From: Selaginella moellendorffii | Lineage: Eukaryota > Plantae > Lycopodiophyta | DNA length: 64,000 bases | Reading direction: 5' to 3' | Assembly (NCBI RefSeq): GCF_000143415.4 | Contig: NW_003314285.1 | Coordinates: forward strand, 585,370 to 649,369 | Shown here: positions 12,238-25,200 of the stretch, piece after piece | Numbering within the stretch: position 1 is the stretch's first letter | Layout: every line of letters begins with the position of its first letter | Made by a program: the position numbers and the translations under genes | Notes under the pieces: generated by a model | Seen by the model: the letters and a program-made list of their open reading frames with translations, nothing else | Database searches by the model: none | Told to the model about the DNA's origin: nothing

Positions 12238-13374
12238 TGTAAGCCACAAATTTTTCCTTTCCAATTTGCCAGCTTACCTTGTCTATCCAACCAACACTGC
12301 CTTGGCTTGTGCTAAGTTCCCTTGCCAAGGTTCTCACCTATGGTACCAGCTCCTACTTGGTCCTACTTGGTTTCAGCTACTCACTGCACGAGCAACAGAG
12401 TGTTAGCCATCCATCTACGGATTCCCAAATCTCTCCCAATCCCCCTCCCCGGGTTAGACTGGACTTAAGGTTCGGCTACACTCCCTGCAGGCACAAGTAG
12501 CCAAGCACACCAAGCCTCCAGGTTCCTAACACCCCTTGGTACCACAAGACTTGATCATGGGACCCTCTAAATCCCAAGCCTTGGGGGTAGCACTTGCTTC
12601 GGGACGTCGGGGCGAAACACCATGGCCTAACGGCCCGGTATAGGTACCTCTACCCCCCCCCACTTCCATCCCAAAGGGAAGGCCCAAGCCCCTAGGAAGG
12701 GCGAGGACCAATGAGCCACAAGGTACTCAAGTGGGGCACCACTCCACATGAGCCGGGAGCACCGCAGTCGGTTTTCCTTTTAGGAGTGGGAGCTGCTCTT
12801 GAGCACTTCCCTGGGTGGCCCCTCCGGCACCACCCAAGCCCATGCTCACTCCCACCCAAGGCCCCTCGGCCCCAGTCTCAACCTCAAGTCAGTTTGGAAG
12901 CACCACTGGAGAGTTCCTTCAAGACTGGTTCCTGGACCTCACTATCCCTACTATACTTTTGGAACCCCCTGCACCCCCCCCCCCCCGGGAGATGCACGCT
13001 TTGGGCTTTCACCCCTTGACCCGTATTAGTATTTGGACTTAGTCTCTGGCTCGATCTCGGACCCGATTTCGGATCCGACTTTGGATTTGGTCTTGGACTC
13101 GATCTCGGACCCGATCTCAGACCCGACCTCGGACTCGGTCTCGGACCCGATTTCGGATCTCGAACTCCGTCTCGAACTCGGTCTCGAACTCGGACTTGAA
13201 CTCGGTCCCCGAGTCGGTCTCGGACTCGATTCTGGACTCTATCTCAAACTCGGTCCTAGAGTCGGTCTTGGACTCGATCTTCGATTTGGTCCCATCCGAT
13301 GAACTCTTTGTCATTTTGGTCATGCTTTTGGGGTTCCTTTAGCCTATGACACCTCGGCGAGTTGGTTCCTTACA
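12238..13374 (-). repeat. Family 1 5' LTR
   Basis: Direct repeat of 5845-7003, adjacent to the PBS. Confidence 0.95.
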
Positions 13375-13812
13375 GCTTAGACATACTGTTGGATCATGAG
13401 AATTTGTGTTGAGGTGAACCTATGTGAAGTAGTAGGTAGGCGGAAGTTGGTTGAGTCTTGAAAGCTTGCATTCCGGGACTGAGAGTCATTCTTTCTCTAA
13501 GATGGAAATTTTCCACAAATTTTTTTAGACTTTTCCAATGGCTAATTTGTTGATCACTTTGGTCGAAAACCATTCTATTTTCATAAGTCAGTACAAACTA
13601 GTGAAAGGGTTGGAGTTGACTTTGGTGGACTTAAACCTTAGTAAATAGTTTGTATGATGCAGCCCGAAAGGGATATTAACTTTTGGGGCTAAAAAAATTG
13701 AGTTGGATAGAGTCTGAAGTTGGTGTAGAAAAGTGGCCATTGCGCTTTTCTAAGAAAAGTGACCCTTATGCCTTTCTTTTAGCATTGTTCTAGGTGGCAG
13801 GTTGCACCTTGC

Positions 13813-16800
13813 TGTAAGCGACTAAATTTTCCATTCTACTTTAGTCACTTAACCACACCTCCGACCGCTTGGAGGAGTCTTACTCACAACCTCCATAAGT
13901 CCTATTTCGGACTTGGGGACTTGCTAGCCCCAAGAATGGCCCCCGTGCCACTCAACCGTTGCACTTGGTCCAAGTGCTCCACGTGTCTGGTCCCAAGACC
14001 AACACCCAAAGGTACCATTGACATATCGGCCCGTTACGCTAAGGCCATGCCCATTCATCTTTGCCACACTAGTGGTCCAATACCACTTGCATCGCAATCC
14101 CGTCTTTCCAAGACTGGGCCATCCGTCCATGAGTGGTCAACCCAGATCCACTCCTTAGCATCCTTAGGATGCCTACAGACATGGGGACTAGCCTTCCCCA
14201 ATATCCCTTTTTCAGTTCCTACCAAGTCCCTTTTCTGTCCATGGCCATGTTTGTCGACACTGCCACTAGATCAAGGCCCACAGGCCCGACCACTAAGTCC
14301 CATGGTCCTCTGGGACTTCCTCACCATGTGACTGTATCCTTAGTCACTACACTAGAGGACTGCTCCTCCTCCTTTCCCCCATTTGGGACTCCGGGACAAC
14401 ATTTCGGAATATCGTGGGCCTACGCGAGCCCCGTGGGTACTCTCCCCACCTTCCACCTTTAGGTGCTCTAGCCATGGGCTTAGAGCGAGGTTTCGTTGAG
14501 CCATGCCTGGTATCCAAGTAGGTAGTGCCACCCACACTTGGACTGGGAGCATCAGCCAGTTGATCTCTCGGGGGAACTAGAGCCGGCTCTTGAACACTTC
14601 ACCAAGCTACCCCACTTGTCGGTCCGTATTCACTCTAGTCTTGGACTTCCCAGTGGTCAGTTCATCACCCAACACTGGGTCTAGCCTTCCTGGGCCAAAT
14701 TGGCTTTTCCTGGCCAAACTGGCTCCACTGCAGTCCTCCCCCTTACTATACTTTTGGAGCTCACCAAACCCCCTAGGGTCTGAGAGACGAACGCTTTGGG
14801 CTTTCACCCTCTCGGACTCGGACTCGGACTCGGACTCGGACTCGGACTCGGACTCGGACTCGGACTCGGACTCGGGCTCGAGCTCGGTCTCGGTCTCGGC
14901 CTTGGTCTGGGTCTGGGTCTCGGTCCCGGTCTCGGTCTCGGTCTTAGTCTCGGTCCCGGTCTTGGTCCCGGTCTCAGTCTCAACCTCGGACTCCATCTCG
15001 GGTCCTTCTCAGATTCCATCTCGGATTCCATCTCAGGTTCATCTCGGACTCTGTCTCGGTCCATCTCGGACTCCATCTCGGACTCCATCTCGGGTCCATC
15101 TCGGACTCCATCTCAGACTCCGTCTTGGTCCATCTCGGACTCCATCTCAGACTCCACCTCAGACTCCATCTCGGACACTTCCACGTGTCATGTGTTGGTC
15201 CTTTTGGGTCCCTTTTTGGAGCCTTGCTTATGGCTCGCTTCGTGCTTGTTCCTTGAGCACTTTGTTGGGAGTTCCACTCCCGCTCTCGACCTTTCAAGTC
15301 GGAGCTTTTAGTCCAAACGTGTTACGCTCGTTTGGCTTTCGCTTCGGCCACTACCACATGGCACCCTTCCGGCTCCACTTTGGGGCCTAGGGATTTTGTG
15401 TCTCACAACTCCACCACCCATAGACGAAGTTCGATGTCCTCATTGAACGGTAAACCCTTTTATATAGTAACACCCGCAGGTATTATCATTTCCATCCTTG
15501 GCACCTAGCCAATATTTGTATATGGTTTGACCCTGAAGGCTCACCATGCCTTGTCCATCCTTTAAGGAGCATAATCTTTCCAACATAGAGACTCACTCGA
15601 CCACTTAGGGTGGTTTGCTCCCTTTTACTGGTTCAGTTCTCACTAAACCCGTTAGAGACACCCTCTCTAACTCAATTCCACTACTCATTCTCAAGTAGTC
15701 TCAGATTCCATTGACATAACCTTTGCACTTTGGAACTTTTAATTTTGACTTCTTCGAGTCAATTTCCTAAGTGTCTCCGACACCTTATGTTGCACATGGT
15801 ACAACTCCACTTCCCTATCCTAGGAAGTTCTTTACTTGAGGGTACCATCATCCTCTCTTCGATATCGTGCCACCTTTGGGCACTAAGTTCCAATTATCAT
15901 AATTGGTGCTAGGGCTGCCCACGGCCCTATTATTTGGCTACCTTACCGCTCCCCCCTTTGGAGCATCCACTTTTTGCCAAATCGGAGCTGTTGGGAATCC
16001 ATCCTTGGGGAAACATTGCCTTTCCCACAATCCATTAGCACTCAACACATTAGTGTTCTCGGCCTAACCTTGCCATTTGGATTCTTTTCCATGATTCCCA
16101 TGGCTCTTTTCTTAGCAACTAGTCTTTTGCTATTTTGCTCCTTGATTGTTGCACCCAGCAACATAGGATCGCTACCTCCATTTTTGAGGTTTTCTTTCAG
16201 TTCCATAGCAAACACTTTGCTTTGCCAAGTCCAGAGGGTGTTCACCCCTAGTACGTCTCTTTAACATTTTCTATCGTGGGCTCTATCCACGGCCCAACGT
16301 TTTTGAGACCCTCCCTTGGATCTCTTATAGAGACTACTTTCCTTGGACTTACTATGCCATAGCATTGATATAGCTCATTTCCCTTAGGTGTTATTCCCAC
16401 TTGGTCACCTTGACCAAGCCACACTATTATCAATAGTTCAAATCAACACTTTGAACTAGGAATCATATTCCTTAACCCAAACAAAGACTTTGTCTTTATT
16501 TAGCCACAAAATCACCTAGTGATCTCATAATAGGTCTATCAATAAGAATTAGGTCTTCCAGACCCTTCTAAGTTGTTGACTATGACCTTGGGGGCATCCC
16601 CCACACTTGGCGGTGCGCCCAAGCTAGCCATTCCGGCCAAGGATCCATAGCAATTGAGACTTGGGTGTCCCCATCTCATTCACCACGTCCTTGGTGCCCT
16701 TTGCACCAAAGTGTTCAAGTTAGATATGCCGAGCTTTCACTCTAAGCAATCTAACCATGCATCACGACTCCGAGGCATCCCTCGCTTGGCGGTGTGCCCA

Positions 16801-17600
16801 AACCAGTCTCCTCACTGAGAGTCCATGACCACCGAAATATGAGTGTCCTCATATTCCAAACCATCACCATGCCCTAGTGATTTGGGACTTGAACCCAAGC
16901 ACTAGAGGGTCGAGACTCGAACCCAACCTCCGTATATGCATCTACGGACGGCATCACCTTAGATGCCTGGCGTGACTCCCCACGCCAGTGCACCAACTTA
17001 TACTTAAAGCACGCTATAGATCACAACTTAGGAATCTAATTCCCCCGCACTGCTAAGTCCTCTCACTTGACAAGCCTGTGATCATGCATGGACTCCTCCA
17101 TGCTCGGCCCCATGGGCTACCCCTTTGAAGTTAGCACCTTCAACTAGGGGATTTGTCCCCCTAACTTGCCAATCTCACTTAGCAAGTCATCTGGCCACCG
17201 TAACATGGTTCCTGCATAAGCGTGAAAGTCCTTAACCATCGACTTTCGTTCAAAGCCCTCTCTTTGAACACTCGGGAACCACTTCCCCAACCTTGATAGC
17301 CTCGCCTCATGGCCAGCTTCAAGAACACACTTCTGCTGCACCACTCTGATTTCGCGCGCTCTAGGAACCATTTACGCTTGGCTTTCTAAGTACTAAGCTA
17401 CCTAGAATCGTCTTTGGGAACTTTTGAAGGAACTATGTCCTTTAGCTTGCTAAGGCCTCCCTTTTCGCAAGCTTTCTAGTTGCCATATAGTCTAACATGG
17501 ACAATTCCATATTTTAGACTCTCCACGATATCACGGTTGCTAGCAACAACACCCTCGAGCCCCCACTTGATTCTCCACTCCCAATTGGCATAACCACCCT
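13813..17600 (-). mobile_element. Truncated 'family 2' LTR element (3' LTR 13813-15407 plus internal region)
   Basis: LTR TGTAAGCGAC...GTCTCACA followed by the same PPT as family 1; internal region colinear with 23637-25830; right boundary approximate. Confidence 0.8.
14811..15176. repeat. LTR-borne tandem array: (CTCGGA)n, (CTCGGT)n, (CTCCATCTCGGA)n
   Basis: Directly visible; homologous arrays at ~20995-21547, 22900-23404 and 53420-53710, with related ones at 6655-6915 and 13050-13290. Confidence 0.95.
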
Positions 17601-19909
17601 TGGTATCATTGTTGATATCATTTAGTTACATTTAATCCGTAGTGTTGGATTTCATTGAGTCTTGGACGTGGTGAATCACTCCTTGATGATGTGTTATTTG
17701 AAACTGAGTATTGTTAGAGGATTAGTCTCAGATACTAACTAAAGTATTTTCAACTTTGGTTAGCTTAGTTGCTAAAAAGTTTTGGTTGGTGATTCACTCT
17801 TGCTTTCTTCTAGTTTTGTTATAGTGTTGATGGCATTGAAGTGATGCCTTATCGTTGATATTATTGATGTTGAGATGCAAGTGAAAGGAAATGTCTTTCC
17901 GTAGGATTGATATTGAGTTTCATTAGTCTCGATGCAAAGTGTTGATATTTGGGCTGTAGCTTTGTGTTATTGGCATTTAGTGCATTTGTTAGTTAACAAC
18001 TATATTGACGTTCAAACAAGCTAAGTGGCAAGTTTGAGTTAGTTGTGTTCTAGACGAGATTAGTTAGTAGGGGTTGAGTTTTGGCTTTTTCTTTGAAAAG
18101 TGATTTAGTCATGGACTATACTAACTTTACGAGAGGGTGAGTTAATGATTGATATTGAATATTTGAGTCCTTATTAGATTTGTGTTCAGATATATCGATC
18201 ATTTGATGATTCTTTTCATGCTTGTTATGATGTGAGTTATGTTTTGTTAAAGATGGATTCATGGAGGATCGATTAGATGATCACTTGTTGGGCATAGCTC
18301 CATTGTGCTTAGCTTTTGGATTGATGCAAAAATGCTTTTCATTAGCTTTGGCATTATGAAGTTTGGCTTATGGATGTGTTGAGGAAAATATTGTGGGTCG
18401 CACCATAATTTCTTCTTTAGCATTGAAGTTAGCTTCTATGAGACTCATGATCATTATTAAGCAAGACTTGGTTATAAGCTTCTTCAAGCTTTTGGTTCCT
18501 TGAGTTTTGTGTTTATTGTTCCATTTGTTAGAAGTTGTTGGGGAAAGCATTTTGGCTCCTAGCTTTGATGTTGAAGTTAGTATTTACATCTAACAATCAT
18601 TGGTGATGATTGACTATCATATAGGATAATTGATTATCCTTGTAAAATGTTTTGCTTGGTTATCATTAATTTAGAGTGATTTGTTATTCTTTGGGATGGT
18701 GGATTCCTTCTTAGGTGATGATTCTGCATATATCTTTTTGATGGGATGATTAATGTTCTTTTATGATAGTTAGTTGTTCTCTTTGATAGCTTATGGCTTT
18801 TTGCAATACCACATGTTCTTTATGGTTTGCTCTGGATTGGTTTCTTGGGTTTGAGACATCAGCAGGATGTTGCTGACACTTGCTTAAGCAACCCTGGTTC
18901 CTTGGTATTGTTGACCAGGATCTATTCAGATTGGCTAGTGCAATGGTCGATATGAACAAGCGTTTGTTTGCTTTGCAATATTCATTTTGTTTTGTTGAAT
19001 ATTGCTCGAGTTAGTTCTCATAGATTAGGATGTTATTTCCTTCGGGTGATACATTCATGAGCATTTTGCTTGTTAGTCAATGATACTTTGTGTTCTTTGA
19101 GTTATGTTTTGTGAGTTGTTTGGCATGCTATCTACCATTTTCAGTAGTTAAGTTTCATCATTGAGTTTCCTTGATGATCTACTTGCTATTGAATTTTATT
19201 AGATGGTGATTCCTATGTTTACCAATTATGATGATCTTGGTGGTTCCTATACTGTAATACTAGTTTATCGGATGATAACTTACTTGGAATACTTTTGTGT
19301 TCTAATCTAAGATTTATTCACTGATAATTAAATCTCTAAGATATCATTATTTATGACTTTGATATTGTTCATCTATTGCTCTTTGAGTTTGGGCTAGTAT
19401 AGATAGACTAGCTTCGGCACTTCGTGTGCATGATGAAATCCCTAGTCATGGGGTAGCTACTGTTGACTGGTCGTATAATCCGCCTCTATGTCGATGTTCT
19501 TTATTCCATTAAAAGGGCGTGATCGTGTAAACAATTCTAACTACCTGTTTACAGTAGTCTATCTAAACCTTACCGACGAGTTTGGTTTCTTTGATCAAGA
19601 GGGTTGGGGCCTCTAGGTTCTCTCTCTATGTCTTTGTGGGTAAGGGCATATCATACTTTTGTAAGCTGAGTGACACCTAGAGTAGCAAGGGTGGCTAACT
19701 CCGTTGGTCATTTCCTTGTCGGTGACGGCCAAAAGGTGTTTGAGTTGGTAGTGCATCTACATTAAACAAAGAGGTTACCCTAACTCATTTAAGTTGGTGC
19801 ATTTCTCACATAGTGTGAGTACCAACTTTTTCTGGAGTTGTTTCCTTGGCAGTATTCTAGACTGAAGTATGCACCGATGAAGACATCGATCTTCCCTAGG
19901 GGGGGAGAG

Positions 19910-20759
19910 TGTCATGAATGTGACTTCGGGTATCCAAAGTTACCTGTTAGCCAGTCCTTTCGGATATTCTTTCCTTATTGCCACGATGGCAGGAGGTCGG
20001 TATTGCTAGACCCATTATCAGTTGCTAGTTGAGAAACTGGTTAATGACCATGTATTTAGATTGGATAAACATAAGGTAGGAACCCTATGTGTTTCTTACT
20101 GAGCATACTCAGCCTGATTTGAGAAAATTGAGTCCTTGGCGTGCACTTGCTAGTATCAAGAACCCCCGCAATATTGAGTTTGGTCCCTCAATATTCACTA
20201 AATGGTAGCTTACCATGTCTGCCAAACACCTTCACTATCATACACTTTGTGTTAGTACCATTCGGTCCTAAATGCTATTTATGGAAAGTGTCTAGACTTG
20301 CTTATTTGGCATATCTACAGAATGTAGAGATTGTCCTGAACACAATGGTGTTCATCCCATGTCCAAATTCACAATCTAGTGCCATTCCATATTTAGTAAG
20401 TTTCGAGCTTGTCCCAGAGACTAACTCCTGATACTAGGGGGGGGGGGGGTTCCAAATGTATAGTAGGGATAGTGGGTAGGTCGGGCATGGCCGACCAACT
20501 TGAAGCATAGTCTAGCTCCCACTTGCGTGCCTGTCCTTGTTCTACATCCGGCTTGGGGCTAATCCTAAGCTCCACACCATGCTAGCTGGTGGAGTACCCA
20601 TATCCGTGCGTTAGGCCACCGGTATGCTGAAATAGCGCTAGACTCTATTTGGACACATTTTGCGTGTTGGTCCTAGCATTGGGATGCTGAATACTCTAGG
20701 ACTGTTCCAAGTTGCTCCGTGCTCCTATCCCTTCGCTCCTTGGGCTGTATGCTTGAAAG
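19910..20759 (+). repeat. Family 3 3' LTR, left part (right part 53943-54183)
   Basis: Follows the PPT; colinear with 3052-3970; interrupted by a family 2 element. Confidence 0.85.
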
Positions 20760-20764
20760 TGTAA

Positions 20765-22280
20765 TGTGAGACACAAAATCCCTAGGCCCCAAAGTGGAGC
20801 CGGAAGGGCGCCACATGGTAGTGGCCGAAGCGAGAGCCAAACGAGCGTAACACGTTTGGACCAAAAGCTCCGACTTGAAATGTCAAGAGCGGGAGTGGAA
20901 CTCCCAACAAAGTGCTCGAGGAACGAGCACGAGGCGAGCAAAAGGCGAGGCTCCAAAAAGGGACCCAAAAGGACCAACACATGACACGTGGGAGTGTCCG
21001 AGATGGACTCGAGTTGGAGTCCGAAGTGGAGTCCGAGATGGACCCGAGTTGGAGTCCGAAGTGGAGTCCGAGATGGACCCGAGATGGAGTCTGAGATGGA
21101 GTCCGAGATGGAGTCCGAGGTGGACCCGAGATGGACCCGAAATGGAGTCCGAGATGGAGTCCGAGATGGACCCGAGATGGAGTCCGAGGTGGACCCGAGA
21201 TGGACCTGAAATGGAGTCCGAGATGGAGTCCGAGATGGACCCGAGATGGAGTCCGAGATGGAGTCCGAGCTGGACCCGAGATGGACCCGAGATGGAGTCC
21301 GAGATGGAGTCCGAGATGGACCCGAGATGGACCCGAGATGGAGTCCGAGATGGAGTCCGAGATGGAGTCCAAGATGGAGTCCGAAGTCGAGACCGAGACC
21401 GGGACCGAGACTGGGACCGAGACCGAGACCGAGACCGAGATCGGGACCGAGACCGAGACCGAGGCCAAGGCTGAGACCGAGGCCGAGCCCGAGTCCGAGT
21501 CCGAATCCGAGTCCAAGTCCGAGTCCGAGTCCGAGTCCGAGTCCGGAGCCTGAGAGGGTGAAAGCCCAAAGCGTTCGTCTCCCAGACCCTGGGGGGTTTG
21601 GTGAGCTCCAAAAGTATAGTAGGGGGGAGGACTGCAGTAGAGCCAGTTTGGCCAGGAAAGGCCAGTTTGGCCCAGGAAGGCCGGACCCAGTGTTGGGTGA
21701 TGAGCTGCCCACTGGGAAGTCCAAGACTAGAGTGAACACGGACCGACAAGCAGGGTAGCTTGGTGAAGTGTTCAAGAGCCGGCTCTAGTTCCCCCGGGAG
21801 ATCGACTGGCTGATGCTCCCAGTCCAAGTGTGGGTGGCACTACCTACTTGGATACCTGGTGTGGCTCAACGGAACCCGCTCTAAGCCCATGGCTAGAGCA
21901 CCCAAGGGCAGAAGGCGAGGAGAGTACCCAGGTGGCTCGCGTAAGGCCACGGTGTTCCGAAATGTTGTCCCAAAGGCCTAGACTGTGGAAAGGAAGAGGA
22001 GCAGGCCTCTGGGGTAGTGACCAAGGACACAATCGTGTGGTGAGGAAGTCCCAGAGGACTGTGGGACTTAGTGGTCGGGCCTGTGGGTCTCGATCCAGTG
22101 GCAGTGTTGGCAAACACGACCAGGGGCAGAAAGGGACTTAGTGAGGACTGACAGAGGGATATTGGGGAAGGCTATTCCCCTTGTCGATGGGCATCCTAAG
22201 GATGCTAAGGATGAGATCTGAGATGACCACTCATGGATGGTTTGCCAAGTCTCGGCGAGCCAAGACTGTGATGCAATAGG
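20765..22280 (+). repeat. Inverted, truncated family 2 LTR copy
   Basis: Begins TGTGAGACACAAAATCCC (reverse complement of the LTR end) and runs antiparallel to 14090-15407. Confidence 0.85.
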
Positions 22281-25200
22281 TATGGGAATACCCTTCCCTA
22301 ATAGTTCCTACCAAATCCCTTTCCAGTCCATGGCCATGTTCGCCAACACTGGCACTAGATCAAGGCTCGCAGGCCCAGCCACTAAGTCCCGTTGTCCTTT
22401 GGGACTTCCTCACCATGTGATTGTATCCTTAGTCACTACACTAGAGGATTGCTCCTCCTCCTTTCCCCAGTTTGGGACTTTGGGACAACATTTCGGAACA
22501 CCGTGGCCCTACACAAGCCCCGTAGGTACTCTCCCCACCTTCCGCCTTTAGGTGCTCTAGCCATGGGCTTAGAACGAGGTTTTGTTGAGCCACACCAGGT
22601 ATCCAAGTAGGTAGTGCCACCCACACTTGGACTGGGAGCATTGGCCAGTTGATCTCCCGGGGGAACTAGAGCTGGCTCTTGAACACTTCACCAAGCTACC
22701 CCGCTTGTTAGTCCGTATTCACTCTAGTCTTGGACTTCCTAGTGGTCAGATCATCACCCAACACTGAGTCTGGCCTTCCTGGGCCAAATTGGCTTTTCCT
22801 GGCAAAATTGGCTCCACTGGAGTCCTCCCCCTTACTATACTTTTGGAGCTCACCAAACCCCCCAGGTTTTGGGAGACGAATGCTTTGGGCTTTCACCCTC
22901 TCAGACTCGAACTCAGACTCAGACTCGAACTCGGACTCAGATTCGGGCTCGGGCTCGGTCTCGGCCTTGGCCTTGGGCTCGGTCTTGGTCCTGGTCTCGG
23001 TCCTGGTCTCGGTGTCGGTCTCGGTCTTGGTCTCGGTCCCGGTCTAGGTCTCGACCTCGGACTCCATCTCGGGTCCATCTCGGACTCCAACTCGGACTCC
23101 ATCTCAGACTCCGTCTTGGTCCATCTCGGACTCCGTCTCAGTCCATCTCGGACTCCATCTCGGGTCCATCTCGAACTCTTTCTTGGACTCCATCTCTGGT
23201 CCATCTCGGACTCCGTCCCAGTCCATCTCGGACTCCGTCCCAGTCCATCTCGGACTCCGTCCCAGTCCATCTCGGACTCTGTCTCAAACTCCATCTCGGG
23301 TCCATCTCAGACTCCATCTCAGACCCCATCTCGGGTCCATCTCGGGCCCATCTCCGACTCCATCTCAGACTCCATCTCGGGTCCATCTCGGGTCCATCTT
23401 GGACACTTCCACGTGTCATGTGTTAGTGCTTTTTGGTTCCCATTTTAGAGCCTCACTTATTGCTTGCTTCATGCTCATTCCTCAAGCACTTTGTTGGGAG
23501 TTCCACTCCCGCTCTCGACCTATCAAGTCAGAGCTTTTAGTCCAAACGTGTTATAGTCGTTTGGCTTTCGCATCAGCCACTACCACGTAATGCCCTTCTG
23601 GCTCCACTTTGGGGCCTAGGGATTTTGTGTCTCACAACACCACCACCCATAGACAAAGTTCGATGTCCTCATCGAATGATAAACCATTTTATAAAGTAAT
23701 ACTAACATGTATCACCCTTTCCATCTTTGGTATCTAGCCAATACTCGTCAATGGTTTAACACCGAAGGCTCACCATGCCTTGTCTATCCTCTAAGGAGCA
23801 TAGCCTCTCCAACTTAGAGGCTTATTTGACCACTTGTGAAGGTTCTTTCCTTTTATTGGTTTAGTTCTCACTAAACCGGTTAGAGACACCCTCTCTAACT
23901 CAATTCCACAACTCATTTTTGAGTAGTCTCAGATTCCATCGATATAACCTTTGCACTTTGGAACTTTTAATTTTGACTTCTCAAAGTCAATTTCCTAAGT
24001 GTCTCCGACACCTTACGTTGCCCATGGGGCAACTCCACTTCCCCATCTTAGGAAGTTCTTTACTTGAGGGCACCATCATCCCCTCTTTGATATCGTGCCA
24101 TATTTGGCACTAAGTTCTAGTTATCATAAGTTATGCTAAAGCTGTCCACGGCTCTATCATTTGGCTACTTTGCCGCTCCTTCCTTAAAGCTTTCATCTTT
24201 GCCAACTTGGAGCATTTGGGAATCCATCCTTGGAAGAACACTTCCTTTCTCACCATCCGTTAGTATCTAACACCTTAGTGTTCTATGCCTAACTTTGCCA
24301 TTTGAATTCCCTCCATTGAACTCTATGGCCCATATTTGGCCACTAATCTTTTGCTTTTATCTGTTGATTGTTGCATTGAGCAACATAGGATCACTACCTC
24401 CATTCTCAAAGTATCCTTTTGGTTCCATGGCAAAGGCTCTACTTTGCTAAGTCCAAAGGGTACTCACCCCTAGTAGGTCTCTTTAGCATTTTCTACTACG
24501 GGCTCCGTCCATGACCCAACTTTGCGACCCTCCTATAGGTCTCTCCTAGAGGCTACTTTCTTAGACTTATTATACCATCGTATTGGCACAACTAATTTCC
24601 CTTTAAGTGTCCTTCCCACTTGGTCATCTTGACCAAGTCACATCATTATCAATAGTTCAAATCAACGTTTTAAACTAGGAATCATATTCCTTAACCCAAA
24701 TAAAGACTTTGTCCTTGTTTAGCCACAAGATCACCTAGTGATCTCATCTTGACCCCTTAACAAGTTTACCAATGGTAAGATTGCTCAGAGCGAAAGCTCG
24801 GCATATCTAACTTGAATCACTATGGCGCAAAAGGCTCCAAGGCCGTGGTGAATGAGATGGGGACACCCAATCTCAGTTGCTCTGATCCTTGGCCGAAAGA
24901 GGCTAAGCTTGTGCGCACCGCCAAATGTGGGGGATGCCCTCGGGGTCATAGTCAACAATTTAAAGGGGTTTAGAAGACCTAGTTCCTATCACGACTCCGG
25001 AGCATCTCCAGCTTAGCGGTGTGCCCAAGCCAATCTTCTCACTGAGAGTCCATGACCACCGAAATATGAGTGTCCTCATATTCTAAACCATCACCACGCC
25101 CTAGTGATTTGGGACTCGAACCCAAGCACTAGAGGGTTGGGACTCGAACCCAACCTCCGTATATGCATCTACGAATGGCATCACCCTAGATGCCTGGTGT

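Larger units (their letters stand above)
5845..13374 (-). mobile_element. Full-length Ty3/Gypsy chromovirus ('family 1'), inactivated by point stops
   Basis: LTRs 5845-7003 and 12238-13374 (TG..CA); TSD GCTTA at 5840-5844 and 13375-13379; PBS TGGTATCAGAGC at 12223-12234 (minus); PPT GGGTGGTGGAGT at 7004-7015 (minus); order gag-PR-RT-RH-IN-chromodomain. Confidence 0.97.

Noticed and set aside
14590-15390. Long SD/LG/ES-repeat ORFs resembling serine-aspartate adhesins (also 6638-6952, 13033-13323, 20696-21827, 22730-23590, 53147-54091)
   Set aside because: Stop-free translations of hexamer and 12-mer LTR microsatellites, open in many frames on both strands.
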